Origin: Clostridia bacterium
GTDB lineage: Bacteria; Bacillota; TC1; JBAXCZ01
Assembly (NCBI GenBank): GCA_037141195.1
Contig: JBAXCZ010000008.1
Location: forward strand, 2,525 to 66,524
Direction: 5' to 3'
DNA: 64,000 nucleotides
The position numbers were made by a program, and so were the translations under genes. Shown one piece after another: positions 20,431-29,438 of the stretch. Each line of letters begins with the position of its first letter. The stretch's first letter is position 1. Under the pieces are notes generated by a model. It was not told the DNA's origin. It ran no database searches and saw only the letters and a list, made by a program, of their open reading frames with translations.

Positions 20431-22110
20431 ATGGCAAAAGCGCGTGAGAAACTTGGTAATATTCTGCTTGCTGCAGGAAAAATAACCGAATTAGAGTTGA
20501 ATCAAGCAGTTAAAATTCAAAATGAAACTCACCAGCAACTTGGGGATGTCTTAAAAATCATGGGAGCAGTTTCCGAAAATGAAATTATTGATGTGCTAGC
20601 CGAACAGCTAGGCGTGGAAAGAGTTTTTTTAACAAAAATATACATCGATCCAATCATTGCACAATCAATCCCCAGGGAGATAGCTAAAAAATATAGTTTA
20701 ATACCAATTTACGAAAAAAATGGTCAACTTGTGGTAGCCATGAGCAACCCTATGAATATTAATGCTTTAGATGATGTGCGTTTTATCTCTCAAAAAAAGA
20801 TAATCCCAGTAATTACAGATTCCACCTCTATTGAACAAGCAATTGAAGTATATTATAGTAAACAAACTACAGATAAAGCAATTGAGGACTTGAAAAGAGA
20901 GTATAGCGAGCGTACCGGAGACAGGATTGATCAATCAGTGATTGATGAAATTCAGAATGCTCCAGCAGTGCGACTGACCAATGCTATTATCACTCAGGCA
21001 ATCACTATTCGTGCCAGTGATATTCACATTGAACCCTTCGATTCGGAAATTCTCGTACGTTACCGAATTGACGGAGTCTTGGTAGAAGGACCAAAAATCC
21101 CACCTAATCTTTATTCAGCAGTATCAACGCGGATTAAGATTATGTCAGGGATGAACATCGCAGAAAAGCGTATTCCCTTAGATGGACGCATAGAAATGGA
21201 ACAAAGTGGCAAGATTTATGACTTCCGAGTTTCTTCACTTCCAACGGTGTTTGGTGAAAAAATTGTAATCAGGATTTTAGATAGAAGTAAAGCACTCTTT
21301 AACCGAACATCTATTGGTTTTTCGGAGGAAGAGAATCACTTAATTGATAAGCTAGTAAAAGTACCGCATGGCATTATTCTCTTAACAGGTCCAACTGGTA
21401 GTGGTAAGACAACTACCCTCTATACCTTTTTAAGTGAACTTAATCAGCCGGATAGAAATATTGTTACCGTAGAAGATCCTGTGGAATATATGATGCATGG
21501 TGTCAATCAAGTGCAAGTTAATCAAAAAGCAGGTATGACCTTTGCAGTAGGGCTGAGAAGTATTTTAAGACAAGATCCAGATATTATCATGGTAGGAGAA
21601 ATTAGGGACGAGGAAACAGCCCAAATAGCTGTTCGTGCTGCTATCACAGGTCACCTAGTATTATCAACCCTCCATACTAATGATGCTCCAGGCGCAGTTA
21701 CAAGATTAGTAGATATGGGAGTTCAGCCTTATCTAGCGGCAGATGCCATGGTAGCGGTTATCGCTCAAAGGTTAGTCAGAAAGCTTTGTACAGCTTGTAA
21801 AGAAGCCTATCAGGCGGAAGAAGTAGACTTAAAAATGCTGAAAATGGAAAATTCAGTAACTCTTTACCGAGCAGTTGGCTGTCCATTATGTGGCAACACA
21901 GGCTATGCTGGCAGAACTGCAATTCATGAAATCTTAATGTTAGACAATGAAATGCGAAGCTTAATTGAAAATGGTGGCAATGCTGAACAACTAAGAAATC
22001 TTGCTTTAGCTAAAGGCATGGTTAACTTATATGAAAATTGCAAATCAATCCTACTAAAAGGAGTCACCTCAATGTACGAAATGGTGAAGACAGTTTATGC
22101 GCGAGATTAG
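20431..22110 (+). CDS. pilB: Type IV pilus assembly ATPase PilB with N-terminal MshEN-like domain
   Basis: ASDIHIEP, GPTGSGKTTT, TVEDPVEY, LRQDPD, LSTLHTN and Zn-binding CTAC/CPLC. Confidence 0.93.
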   Translation: MAKAREKLGNILLAAGKITELELNQAVKIQNETHQQLGDVLKIMGAVSENEIIDVLAEQLGVERVFLTKIYIDPIIAQSIPREIAKKYSLIPIYEKNGQLVVAMSNPMNINALDDVRFISQKKIIPVITDSTSIEQAIEVYYSKQTTDKAIEDLKREYSERTGDRIDQSVIDEIQNAPAVRLTNAIITQAITIRASDIHIEPFDSEILVRYRIDGVLVEGPKIPPNLYSAVSTRIKIMSGMNIAEKRIPLDGRIEMEQSGKIYDFRVSSLPTVFGEKIVIRILDRSKALFNRTSIGFSEEENHLIDKLVKVPHGIILLTGPTGSGKTTTLYTFLSELNQPDRNIVTVEDPVEYMMHGVNQVQVNQKAGMTFAVGLRSILRQDPDIIMVGEIRDEETAQIAVRAAITGHLVLSTLHTNDAPGAVTRLVDMGVQPYLAADAMVAVIAQRLVRKLCTACKEAYQAEEVDLKMLKMENSVTLYRAVGCPLCGNTGYAGRTAIHEILMLDNEMRSLIENGGNAEQLRNLALAKGMVNLYENCKSILLKGVTSMYEMVKTVYARD

Positions 22111-23182
22111 TTATTTTGGAATCGACCCTTTTCTCCAATATGTTTGTGATAAAAATGGAACAGATTTGCATATTAATGTGCATACCAAACCTAGAATTCG
22201 TCTTAATTCCGTTTTATGCGAAATTGAAAATGCAGAAGTCTTAAATGCAATTGATACCGAGAATATTGTGCATCAGCTCTTAGACGATGCTAAGAGCAAA
22301 TATTTAGAAGAAAATGGCGACGTGGACTTTTCCTTCTCGCGTTTTGGCTTAGGAAGATTTCGTGTGAATGTCTATAAGCAGCGTGGCACCTATTCTATTG
22401 CCGTACGGAGATTGCCCTTTGATATTCCGCCTTTTAGCGATTTGCGTTTGCCAGATGTGATTAAAAGCTTTGCCAAAAAGAACAAAGGTTTAGTTTTAGT
22501 TACAGGACCTACCGGTAGTGGAAAATCCACAACCCTAGCAAGTATGATTGATATGATTAACAAAGAGCGTAAGGCACATATCATAACCATCGAAGATCCC
22601 ATTGAGTATCTACACCAGCATAAAGAAAGCCTCATTGACCAAAGAGAAGTTGGCTCAGATACAAAATCCTTCGCCTCAGCGCTTAGGGCAACATTAAGAG
22701 AAGATCCTGATGTTATTTTAGTAGGGGAAATGAGAGATCCAGAAACTATTTCTATTGCACTAACAGCAGCAGAAACAGGGCATTTAGTGTTTTCCACCCT
22801 CCATACAATTGGAGCAGCCAAAACAGTAGATAGAATAATTGACTCTTTCCCACCTAACCAACAAAATCAAATAAAAAGCCAACTAGCAACAGTGCTTGAA
22901 GGGGTGGTATCTCAGCACCTTATCCCCAAGATGAACGGTAAGGGAATCGTTGCAGCTAGTGAAGTGATGGTAGTAAATTCAGCTATTCGGAATTTGATTC
23001 GGGAAGGAAAATCCTTTCAAATTAATAGCGTTATCCAAACTAGTGCCAATGTAGGCATGCAGACCATGGATACAAGTCTTGCCCAGCTTTATACCTCAGG
23101 TGTTATTGCCCAAGAAGAAGCTGTTGCAAGAGCACAAGACCCTAAAATATTTTCCCAATTAAGTAATACAAGGTGGAGTTAG
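22097..23182 (+). CDS. pilT: Type IV pilus retraction ATPase PilT
   Basis: GPTGSGKSTT, TIEDPIEY, LREDPDVILVGEMRD, AIRNLIRE and GMQTMD. Confidence 0.95.
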   Translation: MREISYFGIDPFLQYVCDKNGTDLHINVHTKPRIRLNSVLCEIENAEVLNAIDTENIVHQLLDDAKSKYLEENGDVDFSFSRFGLGRFRVNVYKQRGTYSIAVRRLPFDIPPFSDLRLPDVIKSFAKKNKGLVLVTGPTGSGKSTTLASMIDMINKERKAHIITIEDPIEYLHQHKESLIDQREVGSDTKSFASALRATLREDPDVILVGEMRDPETISIALTAAETGHLVFSTLHTIGAAKTVDRIIDSFPPNQQNQIKSQLATVLEGVVSQHLIPKMNGKGIVAASEVMVVNSAIRNLIREGKSFQINSVIQTSANVGMQTMDTSLAQLYTSGVIAQEEAVARAQDPKIFSQLSNTRWS

Positions 23183-23183
23183 C

Positions 23184-24386
23184 ATGGCGACATATGTCTA
23201 TAAAGCAAAAAACTTAAAAGGTGAAGAATTGGCTGGCACCTTCGATGGTGTCTCAACGGAAGCTTTAGAGCTGATGCTAAAGGAAAAAGGTTATTTTATC
23301 GTTAAAGCAAGCAAACAAAGCCCCCAGATATCCTTGGGAAATTTCTTTGGTAAAATTACTGTTAAGCAATTAGCAGTATTTTGTAGGCAATTTTCCGTAC
23401 TAATTAATGCAGGTGTAACCATTGTGGAAGCTGTAGGTATCCTGCGTGAACAGATGGACAATAAGCAGCTACAAAAGGTTTTAGGGGAAATGCATGAGGA
23501 GTTACAAAAAGGCCGCGTGCTTTCTGAATCCATGAGTGGCTTTCCGGAAGCCTTTCCAGATTTTATGATGAATATGATTAAAGTGGGAGAAGCCAGCGGC
23601 TCGTTAGATACAATTCTCAATAGGCTAGCAGATTTTTATGAAAATGATGCACGTATTCGCCGCAAGGTGAAGGAGGCAATGACCTATCCTATCATCTTAG
23701 CAGTCATGACAGTAGGGGTAGTAATCCTACTTTTAGTGAAGATTATCCCCATGTTTTCTGGTATTCTCAGTGAGCTAGGAGGACAGTTGCCCCTGATAAC
23801 AAAAATTTTAGTAGGGTTAAGTAATTTTCTCACAAGCAACTTCTTAATACTGACTTTAATCATTGTAGGACTTGTAGTAGGTTTTAATGCTTGGAAAAGA
23901 ACCGAATCAGGCACCTTAGAAATGGACCGCTTAATCTTACGGCTACCAGTAATTAGTGGCTTAACCAAAAAGGTTATTACAGCTCGCTTTGCCCGTAGCT
24001 TAGCAGTGCTATTGCAGAGTGGGATAGCTATTATCGAATCTATGGACATTATCAGTGACTTGATTGGCAATAAAGCCATTGAAGAAAAATTTGTGGCTTG
24101 TCAAGAGGAAATAAGAGAAGGCAAAGGGATTTCAGAACCATTGAAAAACATCAACATTTTCCCCCCACTCCTAATCCATATGGTGGCAGTGGGAGAATCT
24201 ACTGGGGAGCTAGATGATATGCTCTTTAGGACAGCCGGTTTCTTCGATGATGAGGTAGAGGAAGCAATTGTGCGAATGACTACCCTCATTGAGCCAGCTA
24301 TGATAGTAATTATGGCAGCAGTGGTTGGGATAGTAATCTTATCAGTAATGCTGCCAATGATTTCAGTCTTAAATGCGGTACAATAA
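23184..24386 (+). CDS. pilC: Type IV pilus platform protein PilC (T2SS F family)
   Basis: FCRQFSVLINAG, GEASGSLD, AMTYP, GESTGELD and LIEP. Confidence 0.93.
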   Translation: MATYVYKAKNLKGEELAGTFDGVSTEALELMLKEKGYFIVKASKQSPQISLGNFFGKITVKQLAVFCRQFSVLINAGVTIVEAVGILREQMDNKQLQKVLGEMHEELQKGRVLSESMSGFPEAFPDFMMNMIKVGEASGSLDTILNRLADFYENDARIRRKVKEAMTYPIILAVMTVGVVILLLVKIIPMFSGILSELGGQLPLITKILVGLSNFLTSNFLILTLIIVGLVVGFNAWKRTESGTLEMDRLILRLPVISGLTKKVITARFARSLAVLLQSGIAIIESMDIISDLIGNKAIEEKFVACQEEIREGKGISEPLKNINIFPPLLIHMVAVGESTGELDDMLFRTAGFFDDEVEEAIVRMTTLIEPAMIVIMAAVVGIVILSVMLPMISVLNAVQ

Positions 24387-24450
24387 GTAAACAAGAAGCT
24401 ATGCTCTTGCCTACTATTGATATAAAAAAAATAATGAAAAGAGGATGAGA

Positions 24451-24903
24451 ATGATGAAAAAAATCAAAAATCAACAAGGCTTTACACTAATCGAATTGAT
24501 TATTGTAATTGCTGTCATCGCAATTCTAGCGGCAGTATTATTACCAAGGTTCTTAGGCTTTACAGAGGATGCTAAATTTAGTGCAGCAAAATCCGATGCC
24601 AAAAATCTTGCGACTGCAGTAGAGGCAATAAAGGCTCAGAACTATACATTTAGTGCAACAGATACAACAGCTGATAATACTATTTGTGGACCTGGAGAAG
24701 CTATGGGTTACGTTGGTAAGCAATTGCCAGGAAGTTTAGCATTTACTGTTGCAAGTGGAGATATAACAAGTTTTCTTTATACAAGGAATAATGGTACAAG
24801 TGCTTATCCTGTGACATATACTCTGAGTACAGGTTTAATAACCTTAGGAACTGTTTCTCCAACTAATGTTTCTGAAACCGCAATTCTAATTCAGAAGCCT
24901 TAA
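24451..24903 (+). CDS. pilA: Major type IV pilin
   Basis: Class III signal QQG|FTLIELIIVIAVIAILAAVLLP; followed by a strong hairpin. Start may be 24445, 24451 or 24454. Confidence 0.85.
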   Translation: MMKKIKNQQGFTLIELIIVIAVIAILAAVLLPRFLGFTEDAKFSAAKSDAKNLATAVEAIKAQNYTFSATDTTADNTICGPGEAMGYVGKQLPGSLAFTVASGDITSFLYTRNNGTSAYPVTYTLSTGLITLGTVSPTNVSETAILIQKP

Positions 24904-24918
24904 ATATTATTTATTTTT

Positions 24919-24968
24919 ATATCCAAACCGCCCTTTCGGGCGGTTTGGATATTACTATTTTTATTTTC
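24919..24968 (+). terminator. Stem-loop after major pilin (terminator/mRNA stabiliser)
   Basis: Perfect 15-bp stem ATATCCAAACCGCCC-TTTC-GGGCGGTTTGGATAT followed by a T-rich tract. Confidence 0.75.
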
Positions 24969-24993
24969 AACTCTCTACTAAGCGAGGTGTGCT

Positions 24994-25338
24994 ATGAAAA
25001 ATAAAGGCTTTACCTTGATTGAAATGATTATTATTATTACAGTCATCGGTATTATGGTTTCTGTAGCAGTGCCTAGCTTAAGGGATTATCGAGTCAGACA
25101 AATAGAGGCTGATAGAGCAGTGCAAGAACAGGTGCTGAACAAATCACTACGTCAGTATTATGCATTAGAAGGGCACTATCCGAGTAAAACAAGTTTTCTC
25201 TCTGGAGGAGCACTCAATGTAGTAGCTTTTGCTCAGGAAATGGCTAAAAAAACAGGTACTATCGTTAATACTAATGATTATCTTATTGATTATATTCAAA
25301 CAACCACTGAAATTGCAGTTACTGTAGCATTAAAGTGA
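24994..25338 (+). CDS. Minor type IV pilin
   Basis: KG|FTLIEMIIII prepilin motif; YYALEGHYP. Confidence 0.85.
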   Translation: MKNKGFTLIEMIIIITVIGIMVSVAVPSLRDYRVRQIEADRAVQEQVLNKSLRQYYALEGHYPSKTSFLSGGALNVVAFAQEMAKKTGTIVNTNDYLIDYIQTTTEIAVTVALK

Positions 25339-25363
25339 AAAAAGTGAGCGAGGATGATGCTCC

Positions 25364-25912
25364 ATGAAAAAAGAAAATTTCGTGTTATGTCCAGCAAAAG
25401 CTAAAAAGAACTTCATAGGTGGCTTCTCTTTAATAGAAACACTTATTGTGATGGCGATGCTAGCTCTTTTAGGCACGGTGCTAGTTTCCTTAGTAGCTTC
25501 TGGTGGCAAGCAGTTTCAACATCTCCAAAAAAACTATCAATCAGAAAATGAAGCGCGTATTGCGCTATCCTATATTACGGTCAAAATTAGACAAAATGAT
25601 GTTGTCTTAACAGGTGATATTAGAGGAGTACAAATTATTGGGACTGAACTCCAAATCTACCGGCCTGTGTCTGATGATGGCTATTGGCGAATATACTATA
25701 ATTCTACCAGTGGAGAGCTGAGAGAAAAGCTCTTTGCACATAATGGTGATTTACTTCCAATAAGCGATAGTTTAATTTCAGAAGGCTTAAGTGGAATAGC
25801 ACTAGATTACGATCTTGCTAGTCAAATACTCTCTGTAGCTATTAGCTATCAGTCGGATATTGGAGAAAGAACTTTAAGTGAGCAGGTTCACCTGCGCTCT
25901 GAATTGGAGTAA
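25364..25912 (+). CDS. Minor type IV pilin (PilW/J-like)
   Basis: GG|FSLIETLIVM prepilin motif; RIALSYITVKIRQND. Confidence 0.8.
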   Translation: MKKENFVLCPAKAKKNFIGGFSLIETLIVMAMLALLGTVLVSLVASGGKQFQHLQKNYQSENEARIALSYITVKIRQNDVVLTGDIRGVQIIGTELQIYRPVSDDGYWRIYYNSTSGELREKLFAHNGDLLPISDSLISEGLSGIALDYDLASQILSVAISYQSDIGERTLSEQVHLRSELE

Positions 25913-25938
25913 GGCAAAAAAAGTCAGGAGGATTTTCC

Positions 25939-27438
25939 ATGAGCGTATTAGGCATTGACATTGGCATTCACCATATTAAAGTGGTAGAGGCAAAACAAAA
26001 CAAAAAAAACACACCTATTAAAGCCTATTTATTAGACACACCACTAGGTGCAGTGCAGGGTGGAGAAATTAAAGATGTGCAGGCAATTGGAGCCTTACTG
26101 AGAGCTTTAATCGCTAAGCATGATATTAGAGCAAAAGAACTCTATTTTGCTATCAATTCGCCAAAAATGCTTAATCGTGATATTAGTCTTCCTCCGATGA
26201 AGGCTGAAGAGGTGGAGGCTGCCGTAGATTTTGATATCTCCCAGTCTTTCCCAGGTATTTTGCAAACTCATTTTATTAGCTATTTGCTTTATTCCAAATT
26301 AAAACAACCTTTAAATGGTGTTGCTGTTTTTTGTCCATCACGCATTGTGGAAAGCTACCAACAGCTAGCAGTGCAAATTGGAGTGCCAATTGCCAGAATT
26401 GATGCAGGTTTTAATGCCGCTACGAGAGCACTTTATCAATTTACCCAACCAGATAAAAATGAAGAAACTGTGATGCTTGCAGACATTGATGTAGAAAGTG
26501 CGCAAATCACCCTCATTGCCCGTGGAAAGATTCTCTTTAGTAGGCATACTGAGTTAACCTTACCTCAGATTTCTGAAGCAGAGGCAACAGAAGAGCAGTT
26601 TGCTGAAATTCTTAAACAAAAACACATGGCAGTGTTAGAGCAAATAAGACAAACCCTAGATTTTTATCATTTCAATAATAAGCAATCAGACAATGTGGCA
26701 AAAATATTTTTAACAGGCGAAAGTAGTAGAGAAACAGGTCTTGCAGATTATCTTGCTAATGCTTTAGCCGTTCCTGTGCAAAATGTTGGTAGTCTGGTGA
26801 AAAATCTTGATGATTTGCAAGGTGATTTATATCTTAGCGCAGCAGGGGCACTGCTCCAAAGCAAGCAGTTTACTGTGGACATTAATCTTTTACCTCTACA
26901 AGGCAATAAAGAGGGGCAAAGGAGTAAGGCTAAGTATCAAGCAATAGCTTTTGCAACTGTAGGTGGTTTTTTACTCGTCTTTGCCTTGTGTTATGGCTTG
27001 CTCTTGTTTGGGAGCATGACGGAAACTAACCGCAAAGCAGATTTGCAAGCTGAGATGAAAACATACTCTGCTTTAGATGAGGTTAAATTAGCTACTACAG
27101 CGGCAAAAAATCGTACTGCTAGTATCCAGCAGGTGAGTCAGACTGCCGAAGCCCAGTCTTTAATGAATATTAAACTTCTTAATAATTTAGCTAAGGTGAT
27201 GCCGGAGGGAATATTCGTGCAGACTTTCTCGGTGGATAGTGGTAATCGCATAGCACTTTTAGGCTCTGCTCAAACTCGTAAGGATATTGCAGAATTTGTC
27301 AATCGCTTAAGAAGTATTCCAGGATTTACGGAAATTTCTGTAGGTAGCATTAATACAAGCCAGTTTGCTGATGGTACAATTAAAGATTTTAGTTTTAATA
27401 TGAATATTACTATGGATCGGCAGGTGACAGGGGAATGA
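25939..27438 (+). CDS. Fused PilM-PilN alignment protein
   Basis: Actin-like N-terminus LGIDIG..IKVV and IFLTGE; then the PilN signature INLLP, a TM helix and a PilN-type C-domain. Confidence 0.8.
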   Translation: MSVLGIDIGIHHIKVVEAKQNKKNTPIKAYLLDTPLGAVQGGEIKDVQAIGALLRALIAKHDIRAKELYFAINSPKMLNRDISLPPMKAEEVEAAVDFDISQSFPGILQTHFISYLLYSKLKQPLNGVAVFCPSRIVESYQQLAVQIGVPIARIDAGFNAATRALYQFTQPDKNEETVMLADIDVESAQITLIARGKILFSRHTELTLPQISEAEATEEQFAEILKQKHMAVLEQIRQTLDFYHFNNKQSDNVAKIFLTGESSRETGLADYLANALAVPVQNVGSLVKNLDDLQGDLYLSAAGALLQSKQFTVDINLLPLQGNKEGQRSKAKYQAIAFATVGGFLLVFALCYGLLLFGSMTETNRKADLQAEMKTYSALDEVKLATTAAKNRTASIQQVSQTAEAQSLMNIKLLNNLAKVMPEGIFVQTFSVDSGNRIALLGSAQTRKDIAEFVNRLRSIPGFTEISVGSINTSQFADGTIKDFSFNMNITMDRQVTGE

Positions 27439-28619
27439 AAACTAATACCTCAGAAAAAAGTATAACCAGCCGAGTTTCTGGTCGTGAATTGATTTTGCTA
27501 GCTGCTTTTTTAGTATTTTTAGAGTTATACTTCTTGTTTTTTCAAATTCTTGTGCCTAAATATCAGGATTATCAAGCTCAGAGAACTATCAATACAGCTC
27601 TTAGCCAAACAGTAGCAGATCTCAAAGTGGAGTTTGGTAAGATGGATCAATATTTGGCTACATTAGCTACAGCTCAAGAAGAAGAACAAGTGATGAAGTC
27701 GATGATACCTCCATATACGGCTCATGAAGAAGTAATCTTGTTTTTAGATAAACTACTAACAGATGCTCAGTTGATGGTTAATGTAATATCTTTTGATACA
27801 CTTACAACTGTGGAACAAGGGGTGTTTTTAACACCAACTCCAGAGCAACAGGCTGCAACTTCAACTGAGGCGGCTACTGCTGTAGCTCCTGTTGTTGCTC
27901 CTACTGGGACAGGCTACTTGGTAGCAGACCAAGAAATGAGTCTGAGTTTTTCCGGTAGCTATGGTTCGATTTATAGCTTTTTGAATCTTTTAGAAACCAG
28001 CAATAGAAAAGCTTTTGTGAAAAGCCTTTCCTTGTCTGCTGATGAGAAGGGAATGCTAACTGGCAACATGAATATTTCCATGTTAAGCCTAGTAGATGCA
28101 GCAAAAATGGAGCAATATAAACTGGATTTAGCAGCCATCGCTGGTAAAGATTCACCTTTTACACCGTATCAAGGATATGGGGTAAGTAAAGATTCAGCTA
28201 CCCCAGTTGCAGCACTTTTAATTCCAGATTTTACCATGCTCCTCAATACCTACTTAGATAATGCACCTAAGGTTATTCTCAGTGATTATCAAAGTGCTGC
28301 TGCTCAACTTACGGCAGATGCAAACCGTAGCTTTGCTGCACGGTTGAGCTTAAATAGAAGTGGTAGCGGCTATAGTTATACGATGTCGTTAGACGGGAAG
28401 AATCTCTCTTCTGCTGCACCGCTTACAGTACGCAACGGTAGAATAGTATTAGAGGTAATTTCTCAAACTCGCAGCAGTAACAAAGATTTAGCAGGAGCAA
28501 CTTTAGATATTATTAATAACACTAATGTTCCCATGCGGGTGGTAGTAACCAAAGATGATGCAAATATTCCTCGCTTTAAGCTAGGCAACATCAGCGGGGA
28601 TGTAAAGATAGGATTGTGA
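27435..28619 (+). CDS. PilO-like alignment protein with C-terminal extension
   Basis: REL+TM, coiled coil, SFSGSYGSIYSFLNLLETSNR. Confidence 0.72.
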   Translation: MKTNTSEKSITSRVSGRELILLAAFLVFLELYFLFFQILVPKYQDYQAQRTINTALSQTVADLKVEFGKMDQYLATLATAQEEEQVMKSMIPPYTAHEEVILFLDKLLTDAQLMVNVISFDTLTTVEQGVFLTPTPEQQAATSTEAATAVAPVVAPTGTGYLVADQEMSLSFSGSYGSIYSFLNLLETSNRKAFVKSLSLSADEKGMLTGNMNISMLSLVDAAKMEQYKLDLAAIAGKDSPFTPYQGYGVSKDSATPVAALLIPDFTMLLNTYLDNAPKVILSDYQSAAAQLTADANRSFAARLSLNRSGSGYSYTMSLDGKNLSSAAPLTVRNGRIVLEVISQTRSSNKDLAGATLDIINNTNVPMRVVVTKDDANIPRFKLGNISGDVKIGL

Positions 28620-29419
28620 TGAAAATGAAAAACGGGCAAAAGGGCTTTACCCTAATTGAAGTTGCCATTGCTTTTGCGGTTTTGGCTTTAGTTTCTGGTA
28701 CTCTTTTGCAGATGTTTATTGTTTCTGCTAAGGTAAATCATCAAGCCTACGAAATTGATAAAGCTAATGCGCTTGCTGTGAAAATTCAGGAAGTTTTCAA
28801 GGAAAATCCTGGGCAGGTAGATGTTATTGCAGAACTAGTAGGCGCAACTAAATCAACTAATGCTACAACTACAGCTATTAGTGCTTATTTAGATAAGAAT
28901 TGGCAAGCAACAGCTACTACTGCAACAGCTTTCTATCAAGTGGATTTGGTGGTAGCTACAACTGGAACAAGTGTCCTAGAAAATAGCGGTTATTTCCCAG
29001 CTAATGGAGAAATTTGGAATTTAACTGCAGATACAGTCTATAATTTGCAAATAGTGCAAAATACAAGTAACAGTGGACTACTTGTAGTGCAATTACCCAA
29101 TGGTTTGCCAGCTCAGCAAATAAATATTGCTGTAGGAACACCAATTATCATAGGTAATAATGGGACTCCAATTGTGAATCATACAGATATAACTATCAGT
29201 AATAACTCGGATATTCCTGTAGACATCTACGTATTAGATGCGGCAACTACAACAAGCGTATCAATTATAGTAGCACAAGGAATTTGCAATTATTCTATCC
29301 TACCATCCAGGTCGGTTGAGATAAAAAATCAATTAATACAATTAATTATCAACAGAATGTCTGATGGAATGCTTTTAGCAACCAGTACAGGTTCTGCCTA
29401 CGGGTCCACACATCCATAA
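28616..29419 (+). CDS. Minor type IV pilin (PilV-like)
   Basis: QKG|FTLIEVAIAFAVL. Confidence 0.82.
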   Translation: MMKMKNGQKGFTLIEVAIAFAVLALVSGTLLQMFIVSAKVNHQAYEIDKANALAVKIQEVFKENPGQVDVIAELVGATKSTNATTTAISAYLDKNWQATATTATAFYQVDLVVATTGTSVLENSGYFPANGEIWNLTADTVYNLQIVQNTSNSGLLVVQLPNGLPAQQINIAVGTPIIIGNNGTPIVNHTDITISNNSDIPVDIYVLDAATTTSVSIIVAQGICNYSILPSRSVEIKNQLIQLIINRMSDGMLLATSTGSAYGSTHP

Positions 29420-29438
29420 GGAAAGGGAGTGAGAGTTG

